Shown: in pieces, positions 17,101-27,902 of the stretch | Numbering within the stretch: position 1 is the first letter of the stretch | How the letters are laid out: each line of letters starts with the position of its first letter | Source: Candidatus Omnitrophota bacterium | Lineage (GTDB): Bacteria; Omnitrophota; Gorgyraeia; Zapsychrales; Fredricksoniimonadaceae | Direction: 5' to 3' | NCBI GenBank assembly: GCA_015233675.1 | Contig: JADFXH010000002.1 | Coordinates: 14,794 to 78,793 of the forward strand | DNA length: 64,000 nucleotides | Translations under genes and position numbers: made by a program | Notes under the pieces: model-generated | Databases searched by the model: none | What the model was told of the DNA's origin: nothing | The model's input: only the letters and a program-made list of their open reading frames with translations

Positions 17101-17493
17101 ATGAAATATCCAGTCAAAATTTTTCACATTTTACTTGCGGCTATTTTCTGTACCTGCCTAAACGGTTGTGTGTTTTTAGTAGTCGGAGGTGTCGCTGCAG
17201 TCGGCGGTTATGCTGTAAGCCCGGATACCTTTGAGGGGGTCAGCAGCAAAGGCCAGGAAGAGTTGCTGGCATCTGCCCATAAAGTCATCTCGATCATGGG
17301 TACAATTACGGATGAGCGACCAAAAGACGGGGAAATTGTGGGCAAGATTAACGGTGTCCATGTGACCGTCGAAGTTATTCAATTAAATTTAACGACCAGC
17401 AAGCTTCGTGTAAAAGCCCGAGAGGCGATTTTTCCGCGGGTTGCTGTTGCGCAGCAGGTTTATACTAAGATCATGAATCAGCTGGAACAATAA
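17101..17493 (+). CDS. Small lipoprotein of unknown function
   Basis: Signal peptide with lipobox (CLNG-C), followed by a Gly/Ala-rich linker. Confidence 0.6.
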   Translation: MKYPVKIFHILLAAIFCTCLNGCVFLVVGGVAAVGGYAVSPDTFEGVSSKGQEELLASAHKVISIMGTITDERPKDGEIVGKINGVHVTVEVIQLNLTTSKLRVKAREAIFPRVAVAQQVYTKIMNQLEQ

Positions 17494-18570
<1,077 letters not shown>

Positions 18571-18590
18571 GAAGGGATTTCTATTCTTTC

Positions 18591-18627
18591 AAAAAGCCAG
18601 TTATCGAAAGGTAGCTGGCTTTTTTTA
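18591..18627 (+). terminator. Rho-independent terminator of gap
   Basis: AGCCAGTTA / TAGCTGGCT stem, 8-nt loop, followed by T7. An A-run lies upstream. Confidence 0.75.
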
Positions 18628-18660
18628 CAGGTGTCAGGCTTAAATTAATAGGTTTTTTTA

Positions 18661-20115
18661 ATGCGAAAAATCCTTCCGGCGGCCCCGTTTATTTTATTTT
18701 CATTAATAGTAGTCGTGAGCTTCTTATTTTATGCTCCTGGTTGGGGATTTATGGATGACTTATCGTGTCGCCAACTGGCGGGATTTTTTTGGTCGGGCAA
18801 GGCTTCGTTTGCTTCGTTAATTAGAGAGGACATCCATGTTTATGGAAGATTCCGACCGGTTTATTATGTGTGGATTATTTCAGTATATTGGTGTAAATAT
18901 CCTTTGTTGATTTATTTGGCTGTTTTTTTAATTGGATTTTATATGCTTTCCTTGTGGGGGGAATTGATTAACCGGATTATTTTTAAGGACCCTGCCCATG
19001 ACTACGTTAAATGGGTGTTGCCTCTGGGGTTCTTCTTGTTTCCTGCTTTTTGGAATATCTTTATGTATATTTCTGTCCAGGAAAAGTTTATCTTTGCTTT
19101 TGGTTCTCTTTCTTTGTTTTCATTATTTAAGAGTTATGAAAAAGAATCGTTGAGGCATCTTGTTACAGCTTTGGTGCTGGCGATGTTTGCTGCTTTAGGC
19201 AAAGAGACCGGTATAGTTTTCTTTATTTTATATGCAATGTATGCTTTATTAGACCTTATTTTATTTAAGCGCAATAATTATTTATCACGGATCCTTATCG
19301 TCGTATCTTTAATTATAGTCGTGGCGTATGGTGTTTTTATTAAGAGAATTATAGGAATGTATACAGCCTCTTATAAGGCGAATATGTCCATTGGTGTTTT
19401 GTTGGGGCGGTTTTTTATGCTTTCGGGTGTTATCAAATTGATTTTGGCAATATCGGTTATTTCTTTTTTAATTTTTATTTGGGATACATTACGGGGGCGC
19501 AAGTTATATGATTCCCTTTTCGTTGTTTTTCCTTTATTTATCTTTGTTTATACATTTTTGTTGTTACCTTGGAGATTCCCGGCGTATCTTTTAGCCCCGA
19601 TGGGACCTTTTATTATAATTTGTGTTTATTTCTTAGTTGCCCGGTTGGCAAGGCAACAATTTTGGCCTGTTCAGTCACTGGGCATTGTTATCATTGCGGG
19701 TGCTATGTTGACTTTAGCATTGGACATTATTCCTAAAATTTCCAAGATGGCAGACAAAAGGAAAGTGGTACAAGAGTTAAGGTATTTAGACCAAGAGGCG
19801 AGAGGGCAATTTTTTTATCCAAAGCCATTTGAAGAGACAGCGGATAGCCTGCGAGGATTTTCTTTGGCACGGGTGATATATGTAGATACGATTAATGCTT
19901 CTTCGCTCGGGAAAGGGAATAATAACTATTTGGTAATCAACGATGAAGCAGGTGCAGTTCTCTTAAATGGTGTTGATGTTGGCCAGCAACTTTATCATAG
20001 CGGGACTTGGGGGATATGGTTGCTGCATAAAGCTGCGGATGTCCATAAAGAATTCAGGCTTGTATTGCCGCAAAATATATTACAAAAGATAAAGAATATG
20101 ATTAGGCGGGGATAA
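18661..20115 (+). CDS. Polytopic membrane protein, possibly GT-C/ArnT-like glycosyltransferase
   Basis: More than 10 predicted TM segments followed by a soluble C-terminal domain. The architecture resembles the GT39/GT83 families, but I recognise no diagnostic motif. Confidence 0.45.
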   Translation: MRKILPAAPFILFSLIVVVSFLFYAPGWGFMDDLSCRQLAGFFWSGKASFASLIREDIHVYGRFRPVYYVWIISVYWCKYPLLIYLAVFLIGFYMLSLWGELINRIIFKDPAHDYVKWVLPLGFFLFPAFWNIFMYISVQEKFIFAFGSLSLFSLFKSYEKESLRHLVTALVLAMFAALGKETGIVFFILYAMYALLDLILFKRNNYLSRILIVVSLIIVVAYGVFIKRIIGMYTASYKANMSIGVLLGRFFMLSGVIKLILAISVISFLIFIWDTLRGRKLYDSLFVVFPLFIFVYTFLLLPWRFPAYLLAPMGPFIIICVYFLVARLARQQFWPVQSLGIVIIAGAMLTLALDIIPKISKMADKRKVVQELRYLDQEARGQFFYPKPFEETADSLRGFSLARVIYVDTINASSLGKGNNNYLVINDEAGAVLLNGVDVGQQLYHSGTWGIWLLHKAADVHKEFRLVLPQNILQKIKNMIRRG

Positions 20116-20209
20116 AATTTTTAATGGAATTTTTTGTTTAACTCGAGGAGTTTTATCAATAAGACAAGTATTGGGAAATTAAATAATAAATACACGTTAA
20201 CGGATGGTG

Positions 20210-21106
20210 TTAAGAATTGCCTCGCAGTCCTTTAATGATTACATCAACCGGGTGAACTTTATTGAGCGTGTAAAAATGCAAGCCGGGTGCTCCTCCTTGC
20301 AGGAGGCTCCGGCTTTGTTTTAGGCAAAAATCAATTCCTGCGGCCAGGGTTTTTTCACGGTCCTCTGCGATTGGCTTGAAAATATCATGCACCTCTTGAG
20401 TAATGGATGCTTTACACATCGAACAGAAACGAACTAATGCCTGATAATCAGTGATCGGAAGGATGCCCGGTATGATGCGGGAGCTGACTCCTAATTTTCT
20501 AAGACGGCTCACATAATCGAAATAATCCTGATTATTGAAAAAAAGCTGGGTGATGACATAATCAGCGCCTTCGGTAATTTTATTTTTTAAATGTTGGGAG
20601 TCCAAATTACGGTCAGGGCAAAGAATATGCCCTTCGGGAAAACCTGCTACCCCGATGCTGAAATGATCTTTGAAGTGCTCACGGATATAAGCAACTAATT
20701 CCCAGCTGTATTTGAAGTTATTTTTTCCCGGTGTCCAATCCGGGTTATCCTTGGGAGCATCTCCCCGTAAGGCCAGCACATTGCAAATCCCACGCTGTTT
20801 CATTTCGGTTAAGATGTTTTTGACCTGGTCCTTAGTATGCAAAACGCAGGTTAAGTGGGCCACCGATGGGACATGGTGATGGATTTGAATGTGCTCGACA
20901 ATGTCCAAGGTTTTTTCACGGCTTCCGCCCCCGGCTCCGTAGGTACAGGAAATAAAATCCGGGTTTAGGGCGCAGAGTATAGGTGTCATGTTAAGAAGTT
21001 TTAAATAGCCTTCTTCTGTTTTAGGGGGAAAAAATTCGAATGAAAAGGTCTTATTTTTATGGCTGAAAATATCGGTGATTCGTTGCATGGGCGCAGTATA
21101 TCTCAA
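20210..21106 (-). CDS. metF: Methylenetetrahydrofolate reductase
   Basis: FSFEFFPPKT, TYGAGGGSR and LRGD motifs of the MTHFR family. Confidence 0.9.
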   Translation of the reverse strand: MRYTAPMQRITDIFSHKNKTFSFEFFPPKTEEGYLKLLNMTPILCALNPDFISCTYGAGGGSREKTLDIVEHIQIHHHVPSVAHLTCVLHTKDQVKNILTEMKQRGICNVLALRGDAPKDNPDWTPGKNNFKYSWELVAYIREHFKDHFSIGVAGFPEGHILCPDRNLDSQHLKNKITEGADYVITQLFFNNQDYFDYVSRLRKLGVSSRIIPGILPITDYQALVRFCSMCKASITQEVHDIFKPIAEDREKTLAAGIDFCLKQSRSLLQGGAPGLHFYTLNKVHPVDVIIKGLRGNS

Positions 21107-21265
21107 TTTATTTTTATGGCTGGTTTAATTTTTTAGATTACAATAACATAAGAAGTTGATTAATATTGTCTATCTTATCAATTGGAGAAGCTTCGTGCAA
21201 GCATAAGGATTTCATTTCTTCTGCCTTGACGGGTAAGCTCAGTCGGGGTGAAAAATAAATAAATT

Positions 21266-22666
21266 ATGGCACAAGAATTGTCTCGTCATTATGATTTTTT
21301 AGCTTCAAATCGTGATAATTTTCGTCGCAAAAACCGGTATTATTATTCTCTATTGGAAAAACAATACCGGTATTTTGTGCCTGAAGGTAAAAGGATCCTT
21401 GAGATTGGATGCGGAACCGGAGATTTGCTGACTGCCTTGAAGCCATCCTACGGTGTAGGAGTGGATATAAGTTCCAAGATGGTTGAGCTGGCACAAGCAA
21501 AATACCCGTCGCTGCATTTTTATACCGGGACCATCCAGAATATCCCCGTCGATGAAAAATTTGACTATATTATTCTTTCCGGACTTTTAGGGGAGCTTGA
21601 GGATATACAAGTTTTTTTAGAAATTTTAAAAAGGTTCTGCGCTTCCGATACGCGAATCGTGATTGAATATTACAGCTATCTTTGGCGTTCCTTATTAAAG
21701 GCCGCTGAATTTACAGGCCGTAAAATACCCCAGCAGGAGCAGAATTGGCTTACTTTTAATGATATTAGCAATTTTTTAAAATTGGCAGGTTACGATGTTA
21801 TCAAAAGTGAGCGCACCACCCTATTGCCTTTTAATATCTGGGGCATAAGTTTTCTCTTGAATAAATACCTGGCCAAACTGCCTCTTTTTAATGCGTTGAC
21901 TCTCAATCATTTCATTATTGCCCGCCCCTTATTTGATCAAGCCAGGGAATATTCTGTGACTATTCTTGTGCCCTGCCGCAATGAAAAGGGAAATATTGAG
22001 CAGGCCCTCCTTCGCACTCCAATTTTTGGGGCCCATCAGGAATTTGTTTTTGTCGAAGGGCATTCTAAAGATGGCACGTATGAAGAGGTTCAACGGGTCA
22101 TCAACGCTTATCCGCATAAAGACATTAAATTATTTAAGCAGCAAGGAACAGGTAAGGCAGATGCGGTGCGTTTTGGATTTTCTCGGGCTCAGGGTGAGGT
22201 GCTGATGATCCTTGATGCAGATTTGACCGTAGCTCCTCAAGAGTTGCCAAAGTTTTATAAAGCCATCCAAAGCTCTAAAGGTGAGTTTATCAACGGTTGC
22301 CGTCTGATTTATCCCATGGAAGATGAGGCCATGCGATTCTTGAATTTGGCGGCCAATAAAATTTTTGGTTTATTTTTTTCATGGCTTCTGGGGCAGCGGT
22401 TTAAGGATACCTTGTGCGGGACTAAGGTCATGTTTAAGCATCATTATAATGAGCTTGTGGCCAACAGAGATTATTTTGGTGATTTTGATCCTTTTGGCGA
22501 TTTTGATCTGATCTTCGGCGCGGTGAAACTCAATTTGAAAGTAATAGAGCTTCCCGTTCGTTATAAAAGCCGCGCCTATGGCGCGACCCAGATACAGCGC
22601 TTCCGTCATGGTTTTTTACTGCTTAAGATGTGCGGCTTTGCCATGAAGAAGATAAAGTTCATATAA
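21266..22666 (+). CDS. Fusion protein: class I SAM methyltransferase + family 2 glycosyltransferase
   Basis: N-terminal ILEIGCGTGDLL motif. C-terminal GT2 signature (VTILVPCRNEKGNI, ILDADL). Confidence 0.75.
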   Translation: MAQELSRHYDFLASNRDNFRRKNRYYYSLLEKQYRYFVPEGKRILEIGCGTGDLLTALKPSYGVGVDISSKMVELAQAKYPSLHFYTGTIQNIPVDEKFDYIILSGLLGELEDIQVFLEILKRFCASDTRIVIEYYSYLWRSLLKAAEFTGRKIPQQEQNWLTFNDISNFLKLAGYDVIKSERTTLLPFNIWGISFLLNKYLAKLPLFNALTLNHFIIARPLFDQAREYSVTILVPCRNEKGNIEQALLRTPIFGAHQEFVFVEGHSKDGTYEEVQRVINAYPHKDIKLFKQQGTGKADAVRFGFSRAQGEVLMILDADLTVAPQELPKFYKAIQSSKGEFINGCRLIYPMEDEAMRFLNLAANKIFGLFFSWLLGQRFKDTLCGTKVMFKHHYNELVANRDYFGDFDPFGDFDLIFGAVKLNLKVIELPVRYKSRAYGATQIQRFRHGFLLLKMCGFAMKKIKFI

Positions 22667-22684
22667 ATATAGGGCTGAGAAACA

Positions 22685-24859
22685 ATGAATTCGATGAATT
22701 ATTTGACCATTTCAGGTTTATTGATCTTCGGTACTGGAATTTTTTGTTCATTGGCTGTTTTGATGAGCAGGCCAGTCTCGTTTCTAAAATCGACATGGGG
22801 ATTGTTTGGTCTTGCAGTAGGACTGTGGGGGGAAGGCCTCTATTTGGCTTATTCGGCAAATGAGTATTATAGGGCCTTATTTTGGTTAAGATTTCTTAAT
22901 CTTTTTTCTATTATAATACCGGTCTTTTTTGTTCATTTTGTAATTTTATTTACCGGTAAGTCCCAAACTAAAGCTAAAGAAATGACAGCTTATTATGTGA
23001 CATCTTTAATTATTATCATTTCTTCTCTTATTATGCCAAGTTTTTTTATCCCAAGCCTGTCCCCCCAGGCAGGGTTTTACGCATATCCCAATTTAGGGCC
23101 GCTATATTATGTTTTGTTTCTTTTTTCCGTTTATTTAGCAGTATACGCAGCCTATTTATTAATTAGATTTATAAAGTCTGCGCCATCAGTTTTAGCCGGT
23201 CAGGGAAGGTACATATTGCTTGGGACAGCGGTTTGTTTCCTAGGAGAAAGCACGGTATTCTTGCCTGCCTTTAATATACCTGTGTTGCTTTTGAGCACGA
23301 CGCTGGTTATTTTATACCTATCGTCCATCACTTATGCGATTGTGCGTTACCGCCTTATGGACATACGCCTTGCTGTATCCAATACGGCAATATTTATTGG
23401 GGTGTATGCGCTGGTTTTAGGCATACCATTTTATCTTTATTCAATCGGTTATAAACTTATTGCGTTTATCCAGGTAATTCTTTTAGCTACTACAGCCCCG
23501 TTTATTTATTTGTATTTTCAAAGAAAGGCGGCAGATCTTTTACTGGATGAACAGCGTCGCTATCAAGAGACCCTCCGCCAGGCTTCGGCAGGGATGGGAA
23601 GAATAAAAGATTTAAAAAAATTATTAAACATGGTGGTCTATGTGCTGACGCATGTCATTCAAATTGAACATGCAATAGTTTATATTTATGACCAAAGTCA
23701 AAAACGATATGTTATCGGCGCCTCTAAGAAAAGAGCGGGCAAGAGGCGCTTCATTGATAGTATTGAGGAACACTCTCCTTTAGTGCAATTCTTGTCAAAT
23801 AATAAGGACCTGATTGTTTATGAGGAGATCAAACAAAAATCTCAGGATGATAAGAATCATGGATTGGAACAAATCGTCAAGATAGTCTCATCTCTTGAAG
23901 GGGAGCTTCTCGTCCCTGTTTTTAATGACCAAATTCTTATCGCCATAATTGTAATGGGGAAAAAAGGTTTAGGGAAAATATATACCGAGGATGATTTGGG
24001 CGCTTTTAGCATTCTGGCCAACCAAATAGCTTTGGCTATTGAAAATTGTTTATTTATGCAAGCAGAAAAAGATCGTATTAAGAAGGAAGGCGCCCAAGCA
24101 AGGCGGGAATCCTTGGATATGCTGGTGGGAACCATGGCCCATGAAATCGATAACCCTATAACAATTGTCGTGGGAGAAGCGGAAGAGCTGCAGGAAGACA
24201 TCAAATCCAAACAGGGAGAGATTATTACTGCGGATTTTATAAAAGGAATAATTGCTGCCTGCAATAAGATTAAAGACAACGCCTGGCGGGTGTCAAAAAT
24301 CATCAAAGCGGTTGAAGATTATGCCAAAGCGGAGAGCGGCCAATACAAAGCAGTGCTTATAAATAATGTAATGATCCCTTTCCGGTCATTTTTACTTTTA
24401 TTAAGTAAAAAATATCCCGGCATTCAATTTACACAGGACATTCAACTTGATTTGCCCCCTGTCTGGGCAGAAGAGGTCACCATCGAAGAAATTCTTTTTA
24501 ATTATGTTGAAAACGCGTTTCACGCCGCGCACCGGCATAATGCCAGAGGTGAAGGCAAGGTTAGTTTGCATATTTTTAAGAGAGACGATTTTATTATCAT
24601 TGAAGTGTCGGACAACGGCTATGGCGTTGAGGCCAAGGTCTTGAAACAACTATTCCAAGTGCCGACGACAACCAAGGGAAGCGCCGAAGGGACAGGGATT
24701 GGGCTATACCGGGTCAGGCAGGTTGTAGACAGGCTTAAGGGGCAGGCATGGGCAGAGTCGCAAGGAAAGGCTAAAGGGGCGAAATTTATTGCACAGTTGC
24801 CTGTTTATAAGGGAGATGCTTCAGATACGACCAAGACGTCATCACAAAGAATTTTTTAA
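22685..24859 (+). CDS. Sensor histidine kinase (multi-TM input domain, GAF-like region, HisKA, HATPase)
   Basis: About 8 TM helices. H-box MAHEIDNPITIV. ATP-lid GTGIGLYRV. Confidence 0.85.
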   Translation: MNSMNYLTISGLLIFGTGIFCSLAVLMSRPVSFLKSTWGLFGLAVGLWGEGLYLAYSANEYYRALFWLRFLNLFSIIIPVFFVHFVILFTGKSQTKAKEMTAYYVTSLIIIISSLIMPSFFIPSLSPQAGFYAYPNLGPLYYVLFLFSVYLAVYAAYLLIRFIKSAPSVLAGQGRYILLGTAVCFLGESTVFLPAFNIPVLLLSTTLVILYLSSITYAIVRYRLMDIRLAVSNTAIFIGVYALVLGIPFYLYSIGYKLIAFIQVILLATTAPFIYLYFQRKAADLLLDEQRRYQETLRQASAGMGRIKDLKKLLNMVVYVLTHVIQIEHAIVYIYDQSQKRYVIGASKKRAGKRRFIDSIEEHSPLVQFLSNNKDLIVYEEIKQKSQDDKNHGLEQIVKIVSSLEGELLVPVFNDQILIAIIVMGKKGLGKIYTEDDLGAFSILANQIALAIENCLFMQAEKDRIKKEGAQARRESLDMLVGTMAHEIDNPITIVVGEAEELQEDIKSKQGEIITADFIKGIIAACNKIKDNAWRVSKIIKAVEDYAKAESGQYKAVLINNVMIPFRSFLLLLSKKYPGIQFTQDIQLDLPPVWAEEVTIEEILFNYVENAFHAAHRHNARGEGKVSLHIFKRDDFIIIEVSDNGYGVEAKVLKQLFQVPTTTKGSAEGTGIGLYRVRQVVDRLKGQAWAESQGKAKGAKFIAQLPVYKGDASDTTKTSSQRIF

Positions 24860-24902
24860 GAGTTAGCAGTTAGCTTATCAGCAGAGGGGAGAAGAATTAA
24901 TT

Positions 24903-25301
24903 ATGCATGAAAATACGCTTAAAGTCCTTGTTGTTGATGATGAAGAAGGGATCCTTGATTTAACCCAAAGGATCCTTCGTCACAAATGCGGGTATGATAC
25001 CGTTGGCACGACGGATGGAGAAGAGGCGGTAAAGCTGTTTGTTGAACATAGTCCAGATATTTGTATACTTGATGTGCACCTTGATGACTCTGTGCTGAGC
25101 GGGATTGATGTTTTGCGTGAAGTAAGAAAGATAGCTCCAAATGCCCAATGCATCATGATCACCCGTATTACCGAGGAGCATACCATCAAACAATCCAAGG
25201 AATTAGGTGCTGCGGCGTATTTATTAAAACCATTGGATACGAAAGAATGGCTGGATGTGGTCAAAGAGCTGGCAGACGGTATTCTGAAAGGTAGGCCATA
25301 A
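24903..25301 (+). CDS. Single-domain response regulator
   Basis: VLVVDDEEG...ILDVHL...KP receiver pattern. Confidence 0.85.
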   Translation: MHENTLKVLVVDDEEGILDLTQRILRHKCGYDTVGTTDGEEAVKLFVEHSPDICILDVHLDDSVLSGIDVLREVRKIAPNAQCIMITRITEEHTIKQSKELGAAAYLLKPLDTKEWLDVVKELADGILKGRP

Positions 25302-25302
25302 A

Positions 25303-25806
25303 ATGGCCAAACCCCTGCCTAATGAAGATGCTCTTTATGAAAGAATCAGAGACGAAAAAATTACCATCCCGCCGTTCATTTGGGATGCCATGTATAACCT
25401 TCTAGGCGATTCAGTGTCATTTATTAATTTTCAAGTCAGCTATTATTTAGATCAGAATAAGCCGATCCCTGTTGAAGATTCCAGGAAAATTCTGGATTAT
25501 GTTATGCGCAGCGTGGAAATTGTACGCAAGATCATCTGTCCTGAAAGAATAACAGACAAAGATGCTTCTTTGCAAAAGGTCAAGAGGGAAGGGACTATCT
25601 TAAACCCTTTGATCAGGGAATTTTATACTCATTATTTAGGTAATGATTTACATATTATGGGTTTGTGTGTTCAATATTATTTGGACCCAGCGGGAGAGAG
25701 GCCAATACCGGTGGCAGATGCCCGTAAAATCCTTGATGCCACATTATCAATGCGTAAATTTTTAAACCGGCTCAGGCAAGCAACTTCGCCTTCCATTGCC
25801 TCATAG
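25303..25806 (+). CDS. Unknown protein with an internal tandem duplication (2 x about 75 aa)
   Basis: The two halves share the signature YYLD-x(3-5)-PIPVxDxRKILD. The gene is tightly packed between two receiver genes, 1 nt after the previous stop. Confidence 0.65.
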   Translation: MAKPLPNEDALYERIRDEKITIPPFIWDAMYNLLGDSVSFINFQVSYYLDQNKPIPVEDSRKILDYVMRSVEIVRKIICPERITDKDASLQKVKREGTILNPLIREFYTHYLGNDLHIMGLCVQYYLDPAGERPIPVADARKILDATLSMRKFLNRLRQATSPSIAS

Positions 25807-25817
25807 AAAGGCCTTAA

Positions 25818-26591
25818 ATGATAAAACTTTTGGCTGTAGATGATGAGCAGGGCATTTGCGAGATCATTGAAAAAACATTTTCATATATTGGTTTTTCTGT
25901 GTCCATAGCAACGAATGCAAAAAAAGCCATGCAGCTGTTTCAAAAAGAAAAACCTAAAATTGTTTTTCTGGATTTGATCATGCCGGACAAAGACGGCGAA
26001 GATTTACTTAAGGAGATGAAGGCAATTGACCCGGGTGTTATTGTTATTGTTGTCACTGCCAAGAAAGACGAAAAGGCCCGCGAGCAAGTCTTAAAACTTG
26101 GCGTCGATGAGTATATTACAAAACCTTTTAGCCGTAACTATCTTCGGGATGTGGTGGTTCAAAAGATACACGATGTCTTAGACAAGGGCGGTCACATGAA
26201 GCCTCCCAGGGTTCTTGTTGTTGATGATGAGGTTGAACTGAGAAAAAATATCAAAGAATATATTGTTCCCCGTTTTGAATGCTTAATAGATGAGGCACAA
26301 AATGCAATTGAAGCCCTGGGCAAAGTCCAGCAATTAAAACCTGATGTTATTTTGCTCGATGTAAAAATGCCGGGTTTAAGCGGTCTGGATGTGATTGAGC
26401 AAATGAGACAGGCTTCGCCTGCTTCAAGGATTATTGTTGTCAGCGCTTGGAGGAGTGCGGAGGTTGTCAATAAAGCGATCAGCTTGGGAGCTGTTGATTA
26501 TATTGATAAATCTGCCTCATTGGCAGTCATGGGTGAGAAGTTAAGGGCGGTTTTACTAAGCATAGGCAAGTTGATTATTAAAAATGTTTAG
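25818..26591 (+). CDS. Tandem-receiver (REC-REC) response regulator without output domain
   Basis: Two receiver modules: LLAVDDEQG...LDLIMPD, and VLVVDDEVE...LDVKMPG. Confidence 0.85.
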   Translation: MIKLLAVDDEQGICEIIEKTFSYIGFSVSIATNAKKAMQLFQKEKPKIVFLDLIMPDKDGEDLLKEMKAIDPGVIVIVVTAKKDEKAREQVLKLGVDEYITKPFSRNYLRDVVVQKIHDVLDKGGHMKPPRVLVVDDEVELRKNIKEYIVPRFECLIDEAQNAIEALGKVQQLKPDVILLDVKMPGLSGLDVIEQMRQASPASRIIVVSAWRSAEVVNKAISLGAVDYIDKSASLAVMGEKLRAVLLSIGKLIIKNV

Positions 26592-27141
26592 GGTTAGCGA
26601 TGACAATGCAAAGGCATGGCTTGCCGGAGGAGTTTTCAAAACAATGAGGTATAGAGCTTTCAAAAGAAATGCTATCGCGTTTATCCAATACAAATTTTTC
26701 ATTACCTAGATAGCAGGTCAGACGTCCGTTAATGACATAGATCCATTTTTCGTAATTTCCTATCAGGGGTGAATGTTCCCATACTGTTTTACCACCGACT
26801 TCCAGGAGCATTTCTAAGGCCAAAAAAGACCGGCTGGGTGAGCTGATCACATTGGCTTGTACCTTATCATTATAGGTATATTCATCTAACCGTTCATCCT
26901 TTCTAATTATCAGCCTGCCTTCTAATTCAGTGTCCTTGATCAGTTTTTCCAAAGGAATACCAATGGCGCAGCAAATTTTTAATATAGAAGAAAACTTGGC
27001 AATATCTCCTTCTTCAATCCTTTGGAGGGTCCTGTAGCTAAGAGCTTTCTTGCCAAACACGGCAACGCCACGGTCAAACACATTTTGCAAGCTTAATCCC
27101 AAATCCTGGCGTATAAATTTAATCTTTTCGTGTATTTTCAT
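26578..27141 (-). CDS. XRE-family HTH regulator with C-terminal cupin domain
   Basis: N-terminal HTH_3-like region (IRQDLGLSLQNV...SYRTLQRIEEG). C-terminal cupin barrel (WIYVINGRLTCYLG...PHCFEN). The 3' end overlaps the REC-REC gene by 14 nt. Confidence 0.8.
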   Translation of the reverse strand: MKIHEKIKFIRQDLGLSLQNVFDRGVAVFGKKALSYRTLQRIEEGDIAKFSSILKICCAIGIPLEKLIKDTELEGRLIIRKDERLDEYTYNDKVQANVISSPSRSFLALEMLLEVGGKTVWEHSPLIGNYEKWIYVINGRLTCYLGNEKFVLDKRDSISFESSIPHCFENSSGKPCLCIVIANPKHF

Positions 27142-27148
27142 CTCTTAA

Positions 27149-27177
27149 AGAATAGCGTAAATTAAGGTATTCGTCAA
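27149..27177 (-). promoter_or_regulatory. Candidate promoter of the XRE-cupin gene (leaderless-type)
   Basis: The minus strand reads TTGACG-N17-TATTCT, with the -10 element ending 7 nt before the ATG. No SD. Confidence 0.4.
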
Positions 27178-27210
27178 GACAAAATTTAACTATTTTAAGA
27201 TAGTTTTGTC
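27178..27210. promoter_or_regulatory. Inverted repeat GACAAAA...TTTTGTC abutting the XRE -35 (candidate operator); a third half-site lies at 27274-27280
   Basis: GACAAAATTTAACTATTTTAAGATAGTTTTGTC. TGACAAAA recurs at 27273-27280. Confidence 0.35.
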
Positions 27211-27294
27211 ATAATTATTTTAATATTTTATGGTAAATATCGTAATATTAATTATTGCAATATGTTACATTATGACAAAATATGATATGTTTGC

Positions 27295-27323
27295 TTGATT
27301 ATTGTCGTATTAGATGGTATATT
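27295..27323 (+). promoter_or_regulatory. Candidate promoter for the small-ORF pair
   Basis: TTGATT-N17-TATATT, preceded by TGG. It lies about 60 nt upstream of the SD AAAGGAGG. Confidence 0.4.
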
Positions 27324-27380
27324 TTCTAATATAGGGATATCAATGCATCTTTACATTACTAGAAAGGAGGAATAAGGCCT

Positions 27381-27554
27381 ATGTTAATAGAAATTATCCA
27401 AAGATTTGCTGAAACTAAGACAATTCTGGCTTTGCCTTTATTCTTAATGACCGCTTTTGGAATTACAGGGCATAAAATAAAGGAGAATGATCAAAATTTA
27501 TACAATATAGCACCAGGAGATAATTTTCCTTATGGAATAATGTCTAAAAACTAA
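27381..27554 (+). CDS. Small protein (57 aa) with one hydrophobic segment, unannotated in ORF track
   Basis: MLIEIIQRFAETKTILALPLFLMTAFGITGHKIKENDQNLYNIAPGDNFPYGIMSKN. The SD AAAGGAGG lies 9 nt upstream. Confidence 0.4.
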   Translation: MLIEIIQRFAETKTILALPLFLMTAFGITGHKIKENDQNLYNIAPGDNFPYGIMSKN

Positions 27555-27595
27555 AAAAGTCATTTGAACTGTTAAATATAAGGGAGGATTAACAA

Positions 27596-27823
27596 ATGAA
27601 AGTTCTATTGATACTTCACAGTGAGCAGGATCCGGGTGCTGGGCTAATTGTCGCCGTAAAAGAAAGGTCAACAAAGGACAGGGTGCTTGCTTTATTAGAA
27701 GAAAACAGAGAACGCGAGGCTTTTGATCTTTTGAAAAAGAAAGCAGTGCCGCAGATGTATCTTGCTCCGGGCCAAAAGCCAAGAGAAGCTATTGTAACTC
27801 TCATAGAGGACGACTTGCGTTAA
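27596..27823 (+). CDS. Small hypothetical protein (75 aa)
   Basis: The SD GGGAGG lies 8 nt upstream. I recognise no family. Confidence 0.5.
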   Translation: MKVLLILHSEQDPGAGLIVAVKERSTKDRVLALLEENREREAFDLLKKKAVPQMYLAPGQKPREAIVTLIEDDLR

Positions 27824-27902
27824 TTAAAGATTTTTTAAAGCAAGAATTTACAAATTTATCATTTCAAAAGGCTTTATTTTGTTGGTATACTAAAAAATTA
27901 TT

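Noticed and set aside
21107-21265. Possible SAM/SAH-type riboswitch upstream of metF (minus strand)
   Set aside because: The 159-bp divergent spacer lacks the conserved SAM-I/SAM-II/SAH cores that I can recognise. It most likely contains only the promoters.
23857-24306. 149-aa minus-strand ORF
   Set aside because: It is embedded antisense in the histidine kinase GAF/HisKA region, so it is a shadow frame.
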